From the NCBI GenBank assembly GCA_051294905.1, contig CM119372.1, positions 2,668,001-2,732,000 on the forward strand: a stretch of 64,000 nucleotides of DNA, in the 5' to 3' direction. Numbering within the stretch: position 1 is the first letter of the stretch; the number at the start of each line of letters is the position of its first letter. The notes under the pieces are model-generated. The model worked only from the letters and a program-made list of their open reading frames with translations, did not search any database and was not told the origin of the DNA. Below, in pieces: positions 38,149 to 50,358 of the stretch. Position numbers and translations under genes: made by a program. The DNA comes from Botryllus schlosseri. Lineage: Eukaryota.

Positions 38149-41100
38149 CTAGTTTAGCAGATCAGCGTGTTCCGAGAAAAATATATTTCTGCCCCCCGTC
38201 GGACCTGAATAGAATACACAAGAACATAATTGCCCGATTGAATATAAATGAATTCTTTAAAATTACCACTCAACATACCTACGCTGCACCGTTTTCTGTA
38301 ACATCGTTTGCACTTGACGGTTTTCACGAAATCATCAAAATCGCCCATCCCCGGACACATGCCGCTGTGCAAGTCTCTCGCGTAGAAGTAGCAATTTAAG
38401 CCACGCAGCCCTGTGTCAGGTACAAAACATGAATCCGAATGCGGAAATAACGATAGAAATGGATTTGGTACGTAACAAGCTTCGCGGACAGCAAAGATGA
38501 GAAATCGTTTCTCATTTCGACACATGCCTGTGCGAATTAGCTCAATGCGCTGGGAAAAACGGGAAATTCGGGAAAACTTCCGCGTATAGTCAGGGCGTGC
38601 GTACACACCAAGTTCGCACCCCTTATCTCTTTTTCAATGGCAAAATTGCGATGCCTTTGGCTACATTTCGGAGGACTACATCAGGGACGGGCAACATACG
38701 ACCCGATAAGGGATTTTGACCGGCCCGCTGAGAGTTTCTACCATGAAAGTAAAATTCTATTCTGAAAGTATTAACAAATTTTATGCGTCACAGAATAATT
38801 CCAAGTTTGCTAACCTGAGAAAGATGAACAATGGACATGAAACTACTTGCTCTGTTCTGGTCTACAAACTTTTCGACCATTACCATTAATGAGACATGGC
38901 CGCGTTTCAAAATAACTGCTGTTCACGTTCAGTCTTTACCAAGGGTTTTTACATGCGACATTCAGTCAGAGTTCAAAGAACTTTCTGACAACTTTGACCG
39001 ACCACTGATGACAGATTGACTTCGACAGCTATTGTTGCTAAATTCAATAAATACTTTTTTTGGTCTCTATGCTTTTAACTTAATGTTTGCGTTACGATTG
39101 ATTCCTTGCATAGGTGGCTAATTATGCGATTAATGTAGGCCTATGTATTTTGTAATCCGGCCCGCCAAGTACTTCATTTCCCCATATCCGACTCACCGAG
39201 CGGAGAAGTTGCCCGCCCCTGGACTATACAATTTTTCAAGTATTTCTGCGGCTGTTATTGCACTATCCCCTATTTTAATGCTCATATTAAGCAAAACTAT
39301 GTTATAAAAAGAATGAGTGATACTGTATGAATAAGAACAACTCGAAAATATGAATCGAAGGCGAATCGATTTCCTGCAACATTTTGGAGAAATGGCAAGT
39401 ACATTGTACAACTATATACATGGTTTTGTTTTCAAGGACAACTCTCATCTTTAGGTCCTAATCGGTGGTAAGACTGATTTTGGGGAGAACAGAGAAGCTC
39501 AGATATGAATATATGAATGCGAATTCGTGTTTCATGAAATTCCCCCTTCAAATGGACCTCACAAATAGCCCCTTCCCCTAATGTTCTTACTATCCAAAAT
39601 TCCCAATGATGCTGTGTAACTATATTTCCTCTCACCGCATGTCTTGCCAATCTCGTTGTTGCATGCGGCGTCAGGCTCGTTGTTACATTCATGAAAGTCG
39701 TAGCATTTCTTCAGGCATTTCGAAGTTTCGAAGATCTTGACCTTCAACTCTATTAGTAAATGATTATGATTATTATTTGTCGATATGCTATTTCATATTA
39801 CAAATGGCAATGGAATAAATCAGTTTAAATATTTTAAAATTCCTGGCCATCGTCAACTTAAAGGTTTCATATAACTACATCAGTTTCTGTCCTCGTTTTG
39901 ATGTCGGAAAACGACATAATGTATGTTACTGACCAAATCACGAAATTGTCACCTACTGTCATCAATACATTTTTGCCTGCAATTCCAGCACGGGGCGAAG
40001 GTGGCAGTTGCGTTTGTTGTAGAGCAGACTTCGGCACACGGAGAGTGGATGGAGTACTGAAGACATTCGTGAAAGAATGGAGAACAGGAATCGCCTGAAA
40101 TATTGCATAAAGGGCTTCAAACTCTGTCATGCAGCTCTACTTATGTGACTTCTTATATGTAGCATAGTATTGGTATTCTGCTGGTAACAACAATTGAGAT
40201 GAACCGAACTATGTAGATTTAGTTCATCTGTATCATTCATCAACTGCTCAATGACACTTTTTACATGAGGTTTACTGATACAGAAGTATACAATGCCGCT
40301 AACCTACGTTACATTACATATGTTCATTGATGTAGCAGCATGCTATCATGATAGAGCATTAGAAAATAAACATTGCTCATTTAAAGGTTGGCGTGGCAAG
40401 ATTGCAACCAGTCTCTAACCATAGATAACTAACGTACGGGTAGATGCGAAACATCTGACTACACGGTTGGGTAACCAATCATGTCATAGAGATCGGCATT
40501 GCTGCGGCTGTGAACAATCGGAACGCCGCGATAGGTCATTGTTATGGTCTTTTATTACGGCCCTTCGGTTGTTCGCAGCGATGCCGATTTCGACTTTTAT
40601 AGGCCATTTTTGGGTGGTTGCGGTGTCCTGATCAGCAGTGTTGGGATGAGTTGAGTCATGACTTGACTTGACTCGAGTCACTTTGCTAAAATGACTTGAC
40701 TTGACTTGACTCGGCGCATCAGAAATGCGGATTGACTCGTGACTCGGAGCAAAATTCACGAGTCAATTTCAAGTCATCAAGTAATCGGGATCGATAAAAA
40801 TCACAGTAACTGGCATATGTTCGTATTGTGCGCGAAGCGCGGGTTTTATCCGTGAGAGCGATCAATCATTCAATGATCGTGCGTTTTACTGAGCCTCCAT
40901 TGTTCTCTCACAAATAATTCGACCGCAAACGAAGTGATCGAAGCTTACAGCTAACGTTGTCGTGAACTAGTATAGGCAGGGTTGCCATACCGTCCTTATT
41001 TCTAAGATTTGTCCTTATTTTGAAGGGCTCGGTCTTAGAAAACTCAATTGTCCTTATTTCTAAGAAATGTCCTTGTTTTCGACTTGCGTCCTTATTTTGT

Positions 41101-44100
41101 CTTATTTTCAACAACTACAGAACTTCGATCGTTTTCCTCAGGTATCTATGTTGCATAATAATTTAAATTAAGCTTTTGCGTTGAGATTTTATGACATCAT
41201 AAATGAACGGAACTCCCGTGGCGTACACACCACAGGATTTGACTATAGATAACTGACTAACCGTAGGTTAGTTATCTATAATTTGACTTCTAAGTGTTGA
41301 GATAGCTAGGGAAGTGAGTGGTATAGCTATAGAAATTAAACATGGAACGGCAACGACCGATTTTGCAGCTTCGTTCCGCTTCGCCGAGGCTGGAGTGGAG
41401 AATTGTTTTGCGTAAGCGACTGTAGGATTTATGGCAATCCAAAAGCTATCTTCCCGAGCGCAGAAATTATTGAATCTGGTCTTGATCGAAAGCTACTGTT
41501 GCACCGATTCCGAGAATATAAATTAAAATAATGATCAGGGTCTGATCCACCTGGAATCCGTCCTCAAAGTCCGAAATATCGGCATTGTTCGAACAATCGG
41601 AGAGTCGCAACGGGTCATTGTTATGGTCATTGTGTTGCGGTTACCCGATTGTTCTGAACAATGCCGACATTTCAGACTTGGAGGACAGATTGTAAGTGGA
41701 TCAGTGCCTGATCAATATTTTAATTTATATTTTCGGAATCGGTGCAACAGTAGCTTTCGATCAACCCAGATTCAGTAATTTCTGAGCTCGGGAAGTTAGC
41801 TTTTGGATTGCCAGAAATCCTACAGTCGCTTACCAGAGATGAGCGGATTTGAAATTTCTATGTCCTAATCCAATCCAAATCCGAACCTTCAAATCCAAAT
41901 CCAAAACCTAATCCATAACTTTTTCATATTCAAGTCCATGTCCAATCCTAATCCGATTCCAACTGGAAATTCAGAAAAAATACTAATTTATGCAATGGAG
42001 CGATTCGAAAATTTTCTTTCACAACCAACGATTCACTTGATTCAAGATAACTTGGTAACCATAAGTACAATAATAACTGATCTGAATAAAGTTTGTCGCC
42101 ATTCGCCACACGACATTTCAATCTCCCAGAAAATAGGTGAATCCAATCCAAATCCTAATCCGTTCTGAAAAAAATGTCTGATCCAAATCCAATCCAAATC
42201 CGACAAAATTTCGCAAATCCTGTTTTTTCAAAACCTAATCCTAATCCATGCTCATCTCTGTCGCTTACGCAAAACAATTCTCCACTCCAGGCTCGGCGAA
42301 GCGGAACGAAGCCGCAAAGTCGGCCGTTGCCGTTCCATGTTTAATTTCTATAGGTATAGCAGTTTCAGCTGTAGCCTACAAAGCTATCGCAGCGGACGTC
42401 CTTTTAGCAGTAAACGATAGCATAGGCACCAACTTGCGAGTTTGCGTGCGCCAGCAATTAGGCGAATCTACGCGACCGCGTCAGAGACGTCGTCGCTATA
42501 ATCAGAAAACAGTTGTCGCGAGGCGGCTGCTCAAGGGAAAAGTGCGGCACGCGACGCTATTCATAGCGGCCGCGAAAAGTTGATTCGAATTAAAAACATA
42601 AAGCCTACTTTTGAACGGTGATGCGTGGATTAAAACGACAGGCTGTAAAAACTAAACCGCAAATTCGTTTAATTTGAAGCCTGTTCAATAATATGCCGCG
42701 ATTACGCAATCGACGTACCTCGCATGCGTAATCCAGATTCAAAATAAAGCCGATGTAGCAAACGGTGCCGTAGTAATTGAAGTCACAAGAAGTCTCTCTT
42801 TCCTTATAGTTTAGTATTAAAGTTGAAGAGTGTTCGTTCTTGTTTGGCGAAGTAGGCCAAGGAGAGGAACAGACTTAGTAAAATGACAGTCAAACACTAG
42901 TTAAGGTAAACCTAGACCTGAGCTGTCGTGAAATCCATGAAGCACTTTTTAAAAACAAGGAGTTGCTGGAGCAGATTGTTTCCGGTAAAAAGTATGGAAT
43001 GTGATATGCCACGGCTCGTATAAATACAAAGTACGTGAAAATCGTATTTTAATGTTATCTAATTTTTCGACTGTCCTTATTTTTGGGTCCATATAGATGG
43101 CAACCCTGAGTATAGGAGAGTCATTTAATAGCAAAATGTCTATTTCTGTTCTCTGTTCTTACCTTAACCAAGCCTCTTACTTTATTGAAATTAAATTCGA
43201 ATAGTATATAGTGGGGTTACCATATTTTTGCGCGCAAATTCCGGACACTCTTTAGCGCCCACTAGCGGACTAGCGGAGGTATGTCACATTGTCTTTCAAT
43301 AAGAAGTCACACTAGCACTGCTTTGCCCATCGACCATAGGTGGTCACTATCCGGATCAGAAGCTGTTATAATGTTCGGTCGGTGCATTTCTATGGTTGTG
43401 TGTTCTTGTAACCAGGATCGCAACAACATTTTTTTCAGCCCCCTCCCGTCCAAATAAACACTGATCTTGAGCCCGCCATAGGGTAATCGATGCAACTTCT
43501 GGGGACTTACTATATACATACATATAGTTTCTATATGCATCTGGTCGTTAACGTTTGTGAATAAAATCAGTCTATATTATTGCTTCTTCCATGTATTACT
43601 ATAAAATATTGATCCTTTCTCCGCCCACATGATAACAGTTAGCGGTGGAACTGGTGGAGGACGATAACTTCGAATATACGGGGAACGAAATTATACATCT
43701 TAAGGTCATGTCATGTCACACGGTACAGACAATTTATCAGCCTAAATGCAGATCCGCACCAGCAGGTTGCACATCCGGTGGTATTCAACCTTTCATGGTC
43801 GCAACTCCATTTCTAATCTAAAAACGTTTTTTGGCCAAGCCTAGAATTTGATAAGCTGATTCCTGAAAAACGGTCAGCACCATTGCACAGACTTACTCAC
43901 GGACTATATTGGAAGCTGTTTACGTTCACATCTTCGCAAACCCCAGAATAAAGACAAACGACCCCCAGGTTTGGAGCCAATATCTTTGACTAAAGCATCT
44001 GAATGGCCTTAACCAACTCCAGTAATATACCGTTGTACCATAATTGCGATTACTATTAGATTTATTTTAGTAAATGATGGCTATTTTAAACAATGCATAT

Positions 44101-46441
44101 TAAAATCAATGATCGCGACACTATATCGCGCGGAGCGCGAGGAAAAATTTTAAGTGGCATAAGTCTGCCCAAAAATAATAACTTTCTGTTGATTTACTAA
44201 AACATTTTGATCCCATTTTAAACCTTCAAAATTCCGGATATTTAGGCATATTTTAGAAATTTCTTCCGGACGCAGTTTTAGCAGTGAAATTCCGGACGTA
44301 TGGCAATCCTAATATATAGTCCTCAACCATTGTCGCAGGCTCGATTTGTATCATATCAATTTGTATATGGGTAATGTATCGCATATTATCAATTCGTTTC
44401 TCTATTCTCTATTTTGGTTGGTAACTATAAACTGAGGCTATGCAATTACTTACGTAGTTTAGCGATACAGCGCCTTCTTGCGTTTATCTATTTATCTCTA
44501 TATTCGTTCATCGGTTCAAAATCATTGAACACGCAATCTGTATTTCAGACAGCTAGCATAATTCAATGACGTAATCATGCCTCATACTTCGAAAAGGCAA
44601 CTTGACTTGAATTCTTACTTGACTCGTGACTTGACTTACTCGACTTGACTCGAGTCACCTCCAAAATCGAGTGACTTGACTTGACTCGAGTCACCTTCAA
44701 AAATCGATTGACTTGACTTGAATAGAGTAAAAATGTGCAATGACTCGAAATGATTCGTGACTCGAAGGTAGTGAGTTGATCCCAACACTGCTGAAAAGAT
44801 AATAATATATATTGTTTGAATCAATGTGACAGTAGTTTTCGTTCAAGAACAATTTTCATAAATATTGCTCTCGTGTCGCAAGTTCTAAGATTGAGTTTGA
44901 TGACGTTTCTCATTTCCTTGGTAGTTGCAGGCAAAGTTACAAAAACAACGCTACGAGAAGTTGCAAAAACAAGACATACAATATATTTGTCAGATGCAGC
45001 CTGAATATGTTGCGATTCTCCTTAACTTTTACTAATAACATTTTCGAATATAATTCAATTATTAGGTCTGCTAAGTTCGAAATTGCGCTAGTCACATTGC
45101 GACACATTCCCGAATGTAAAATGACCCAGACGTTGCGGAGAATGCGGAGCGATGTGTGCAATAACAATCATGAAGGTAGAACCGGCAGGGACATTTGTTG
45201 GAAAACCTTTTTTAAGCCAGTAATTCAGCATGTTTCATGACTACAGTCATTCTTAGAAATATATACGAAATACGAAAAAAGAAGACATTTGGGTAATTGT
45301 GACCGTTCTCGTAGGACCGTTGACTTTTCTTGATATAAAAGGGCAAATCCTAATAAAAGTGTTCATATGGTTAGCCGTAGTAACATAACAACATATTTGA
45401 ACACAAAGTTACGAGAAATTGGTAGCTCACTACAAGTTCTGCCCAGACATTCGACGCATTTGTCGGCGTACGCGTCGATCATAGCTAGAGATCGGTCGAT
45501 GTTTTGGCATGACCCTCCCTCGTCACATCCTTTGAAACATTTGATCAGGTGTTCTGAAACGTAGTACCACGGCCTACGCAGTTGTGGACGTCGCCTCCCC
45601 AATTCAGCAACCGATGCCACGACGCCTGTGAGTAACCATGGGAGTATATTACTCGGACAAAGTACTACAGGTCGTTTAGAGGCAATAGATCATAGCAAGA
45701 AATATTCGCATAATGTAGGCTACTTGTAAAACAGGAATTTCATTATCATTGATATTGAATTGAAATTCACAGGCATTATATAGGACAATGCCAATCTACA
45801 CATATAAACGATTTAATAGCAAGCAATAATGTGTACTTAACAGTGACGAAATATGATTATCAAATAAGTGATTAAGTGTCATTCGAGATTCAATAATTTA
45901 GGACGGAATCGAACCCAAAAATCCTTCTTGCTTCGGACACAGACTATATTCATTGGAATTACCTGTCACAATAGTCATTTATGCCGTTCTATATGACTTT
46001 ACTGATACCGATACGATTGTTTATCTACAATGTCCCTATAATTCTTACTGGTTGTGTACGATTACTCCTGACGAGTGTAAGCCGAAAATATTCGGGTTCA
46101 TTTCAATATGGATAATATATATAAAATTCTAATGTATATTGAAGTTCTGTATCTCCGACGCAGTCTCTTCAATAATAACTTTGAATAGTATATTCATATT
46201 GAAATGAACCGGAAAAGTTTTGGCTGACACTCGTCAGGGGTAATCGTCAGCAACTAGTAGACGATTACCCCTGACGAGTGTCAGCTGAAAATATTCGGGT
46301 TCATTTCAATATGAATATACTATTCACCTGTATATTGAAGCTCTGTACCTCCAAGAAGCTGTTCAAAGAATAACGTTGTACATGAAAAGTATACTCACCA
46401 GACATAAACATGTATATGACTAATTTCACGAATCGTGACAT
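38149..46441 (-). CDS. Uncharacterised secreted cysteine-rich protein A (~225 aa)
   Basis: Exons 46441-46399, 45625-45431, 40094-39957, 39749-39636, 38410-38279, 38204-38149 (last exon less certain; AATAAA at 38096-38101 supports it). All introns GT-AG, phase 1. Translation: MSRFVKLVIYMFMSGVVASVAELGRRRPQLRRPWYYVSEHLIKCFKGCDEGGSCQNIDRSLAMIDAYADKCVECLGRTCSDSCSPFFHECLQYSIHSPCAEVCSTTNATATFAPCWNCRQKCIDDKLKVKIFETSKCLKKCYDFHECNNEPDAACNNEIGKTCGLRGLNCYFYARDLHSGMCPGMGDFDDFVKTVKCKRCYRKRCSVGPTGGRNIFFSEHADLLN. Exon-by-exon match to paralog B. Confidence 0.8.
38682..39221 (+). mobile_element. Charlie-type element family E (older copy), intron of gene A
   Basis: TIR cagggacgggcaac/gttgcccgcccctg; homologous to 47496-48068; TSD eroded. 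Confidence 0.8.
41327..42353. mobile_element. Fold-back palindromic element with CTATAG termini
   Basis: About 290-bp inverted arms covering almost the entire element once MITE B is removed; flanked by GTATAG direct repeats. Confidence 0.75.
41834..42260. mobile_element. MITE family B
   Basis: Perfect TSD TCGCTTAC. Confidence 0.92.
43212..44311. mobile_element. Non-autonomous hAT-type element, same family as 643-3012
   Basis: TSD GTATATAG/ATATATAG; shows the empty site of the family C insertion. Confidence 0.82.
46048..46375. repeat. Tandem short palindromic elements (~65-bp TIR GACGATTACCCCTGACGAGTGTCAGC...)
   Basis: Forward-reverse-forward arms at about 46058, 46185 and 46260; related copies near 34900-35030 and 56198-56300. 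Confidence 0.7.
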
Positions 46442-47495
46442 ACTTTATCTGTCTTGCGAGTGTGTGGTCGCTACCTCACTGTTTGTCAATAGTCCTGCTT
46501 CCTTTGGCATAACTTATGCGACTGCTGTTTTTCGCATTGAGACATCAGTGTGATCTGGATTGCAGAAAAAAAAATGAAGATGATTTCCAACGCCAAGTAT
46601 ACAATGTGCAGGCTGCATCGCGCGGCTCCGAGGCGCCCATTAGAAGGCTGGCATTAGAAATTAGGCACTTTTAAAATAGAAATCTGCAAACCGTCTATAT
46701 ATCCATAGTCATACCCAGTGAATAGAATGTCAACGATCACGTTACTTATAAAGGATAGAACAGTAAAGTTACCGTAGTAAGGATAAGCTTCACAATAGCC
46801 AGAACAAGTCGATATCTCATCCATCAATTTGTTTATGGTTATGTGACAAACACAATGCTGTGTGTCAGCGATGTTAGTCAGAAACCGAGTGATATACCCA
46901 CCCAAGTGGCTTGGCAGTAAATGGCCAATTATGAATAATCCTATTACGCGCGCCGCGTGAAGTTGTAGGAGTTAATCTGATCGTTACATCATGATAATTA
47001 CCGGCCAATATCCGATTGCGTTATCCCGCATTACCCTTGCACCGACGTGTGCCGAAGGACAATTATATCGAATATATGTATTTGCACTACACAACCGCCC
47101 ACTTTGCAATATGTGGATACCGGCTAATGACAATTTTCCGTACAACACAACAGTATTCTTTAAAATGCTTATATTCGCCACTGGAGAGGCCATATAGACG
47201 GATGAAGTCGAGTACTGGACTTTATTATTGTGTGTTTTACTCTTGAACTGATTATAATCAGGGGTGGAAACCTGCACCCCGCGGAATAGATTTGGCCCTG
47301 TAGCTATTTATATAAAAGTCAAAGCATTCGATATAGGAGAAATATGTTTGTATAAGCTGATATGATGTTATTTAATATATTTATGAATATCGCCCTATAT
47401 GTAAGTATAAAATCCCGCATTTAGAAAGTAAGGGCGTCGAGAAGGGATGAAAAAACTGCTAGTTTTTTTGTTGTTGTTGTCAGAATCATGTAAAC

Positions 47496-48068
47496 CAGGG
47501 TGGGCAACTTACGGCCCGCGGGCCGGATCCGGCCCGTGACGGGATTTTGAGCGGCCCGCAGACATATTCAACCCTGAAAGAGAAATTCCAATCTGAAACA
47601 TGGACATGGACAATTCTTTTGCGTAACTGAATGAATCCGAATTTGTTAACCTGAAAAAGATAGCCATCAACTATTTGTTCTGATCGTGTCTACATACATT
47701 CGCGTGTGAATATTTTCGATCATGAAAATTAACAAGACAAGGCTGCGTCCCAATCTAACTGATGTTTACATGCAGTCCTAACTGAGGACTTCTTAGTCGG
47801 ACATGGAGCCAGAGTTAAGAGAATTGTTGATAACTTTGATCGACCACACATGCCTCATTGACTTCAACAGCTATTGAAGTACAATATAGGTCGGTAAATT
47901 CATTAAATACTCTTTTTGTCATACTTTATGCATTAACCTTGAAGTTTACATTCATTCCTTGTACAGGTGGACAAATACGCGATTAATGCATTGATTCAGG
48001 AATCTGGCCCGTCAACTGCTTCATTTTCCCATATCCGGCCCTCCGACTGGAGAAGTTGCCCGCCCCTG
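47496..48068 (+). mobile_element. Charlie-type element family E
   Basis: GGCCCGCGGGCCGGATCCGGCCC subterminal motif; TSD ATGTAAAC/ATGCAAAC; internal decayed transposase C-terminus. Confidence 0.88.
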
Positions 48069-48419
48069 ATGCAAACGCTTTAGTTTTAAGTAGATACTGC
48101 TTAATTCCCCATAGCAGAGGTGGAAGTCGAGCGGTGAATTTCCGTTTTAGCTTGACACAAGATATTTCCCCATTACATCGGATCGAATGGCCACTGATGA
48201 TTTACGTATGCATAGTCTTTCAAAATCAGTGGGTGATACTTTGATATATTTGCTCTCTGCTTTCTCGGATTGGGTGGTGATGGGGGACCCAGATAAACCT
48301 CCTACACCTGGGTACGACCTGTAACATTACCAATCCTGCATAAGCAGACGTGTGTTTATATTTGGTTGACGCGGGCCAGACCATATGACTTGGGGAATCT
48401 TACAACCATATGTAGCGGT

Positions 48420-48612
48420 CAGAGGTGGCCAAAGTAGTCAAGAAAGCTACTCAAGTAGACGTAGAAGTAGCGACGAAACATTCTACTCAAGTACGGGTAG
48501 AAGTACTTCTTCCATAAGCAGCTTAAAACTACTTGAAATAAAAGTAGAATCGACTAACTTTAAATCTACTCAAATAAGGAAGTAGTTGTGAAAACGATCG
48601 TAATTCGATCGC
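48420..48612. mobile_element. Truncated left end of family C
   Basis: Matches 1302-1480. Confidence 0.7.
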
Positions 48613-49839
48613 AGTTCGGGGTTTTTCGAGACACTGCAAATGCAGTGAGATTGGTTTTTATTACGCCTATGCTTAGCTATAGTTTCGGGTTTAGGAGAGA
48701 GTATGAAGTGGTGTAGAGAATAATACTTTGCTGATCATTATCGTCGCCTCTCGCTTCTATCCTTTGGTAATATTATTAATATTATTGATGAAAAGGGGGG
48801 GGGGTGACGCTTTTCGCCTGCGAGGCCAGGTGCGTCACGGACCAGAATGTGCTGTCGGTATACCAAAATGTGGGCAAGAAGCGATTTACAAGTATGTACC
48901 ACACGATAGAACGAAATCTGAAGCATGAGATAACATTTCGGGGATGATCAGTAGATTTTCGAGTGTTGCGGCGATTTTGAGCTCGCGAGCCCTGTCGAAT
49001 AAAAAGTTTCGATGAAAATCGTATCGACGACAGTGCAGCAAAAATGCTCGACTGTTACAGGTACTGTACAATCGTCACATAGATCAGTATCTATCTTTTG
49101 TATTCGATGGTCGTCATGGTCGGCTGCGGTAAAAGTAAAACAAACTTCATATCTCCCCTTTCTGTATAGTGTGTGCCGGTATGAATTGGTTCAGTACGTC
49201 GATTCAGTATAACCTTTTTTGTGCCGTGACTCGACATTGAATGGCGATTTAGTGGAAATGAGCAAAATCTGTCTGAGTTTAAACATTTGATTTAGATTAT
49301 TACTAGAATTTGCGATGTTATCCCTTGGTGTAAACACTGCATCAATAGCATTAGTGTATAACTGTTTCTTGCCCACACACTCATGATAAGTCTGAAGCAG
49401 CCTTCGAGTAGAAATTTATTGTAATTACTATTTCAATTTATTCCCAGTTTCAAAAGAACGTGCTTGCATGGAAATATACATTATTCAAGTCATTGTGATA
49501 GTTGCGATGGGGGAGACTGCAGTTGAGAAAATTTCCTCTTTGCTACCGGCGACGATAGCAGCATCACGGAAACAGATTCTCGTGCTCTCCAAAGTATTTA
49601 GCAACCGAGCTGATCATGGCTGAAATTGGAAAAATGTATTCGGTTTGATATATATTTATAATTTCTATATCTTTATTCATCAATGCTCTACAATTCCACA
49701 ACCCAGTGAACAATATCCAACATAGATAATACATGCAATAAAATACAGAGTTTAAGAACGTTGGATCGCACCATGGGAGTGAATGTAAACTCTGTCTGGT
49801 TGACAGAGAAGTTAATGATTGTTGCTGATTCACGCAGGG

Positions 49840-50283
49840 CAGTGGTTCCCAAACGGTGGGGAATTCTCCACTGGTGGGAAATTTAATGATTTCTGGTGGG
49901 TAATAGACGCATTTGTTCAAAATTATATATAGGACAGTCTACATATTCACGGAGACACATGCGCAATTACCGTTACCAGTTAACTGCTCTCGAATGTATG
50001 TATCGAAAATTATATTGCGTGTTGTTCACAAAACATCATTTTAAACTCTATGGATGGCCAATCATGGCGTCAAAAACGCATCCAGTACGACTAATTTGAC
50101 GTTAAATAACGCTTTTGCGAAATTTTGCGAAGCCCCCCAGAAGTTAGGTTTATCACCCTGCGGGGGCCCAAGAACAACGTTTTTTGGCGGACCCGACGAA
50201 GTGCTGTTACGGTCCTGGTGGGGAATGAAGGCTCGGAATAAATCTGAAGTGGGGAATGAAGACGAAAAGGTTGGGAACCACTG
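49840..50283. mobile_element. Charlie-type MITE containing a family F fragment
   Basis: TIR cagtggttcccaa/ttgggaaccactg; TSD ACGCAGGG/ACGTAGAG. Confidence 0.75.
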
Positions 50284-50358
50284 ACGTAGAGTGACATATC
50301 GCACCTACACGGGTTGACTTGAAAGAAACATATCATCGAACCTTTACAATGCGAGTTC

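Larger units (their letters stand above)
40977..43108. mobile_element. hAT-type element (CAGGGTTGCCAT TIR, GTCCTTATTT repeats)
   Basis: Perfect TSD AGTATAGG. Confidence 0.88.
40636..44790. mobile_element. MITE family A expanded to 4.15 kb by nested insertions (intron 2 of gene A)
   Basis: Family A termini at both ends; TSD CTGATCAG/CTGAAAAG; pieces 40636-40976, 43109-43211 and 44312-44790 rejoin to family A. Confidence 0.88.

Noticed and set aside
46654..47277. Two adjacent minus-strand ORFs (83 and 97 aa), one vaguely CUB-like
   Set aside because: No convincing motif, no splice structure linking them to gene A and no paralog; cannot be supported without a search.
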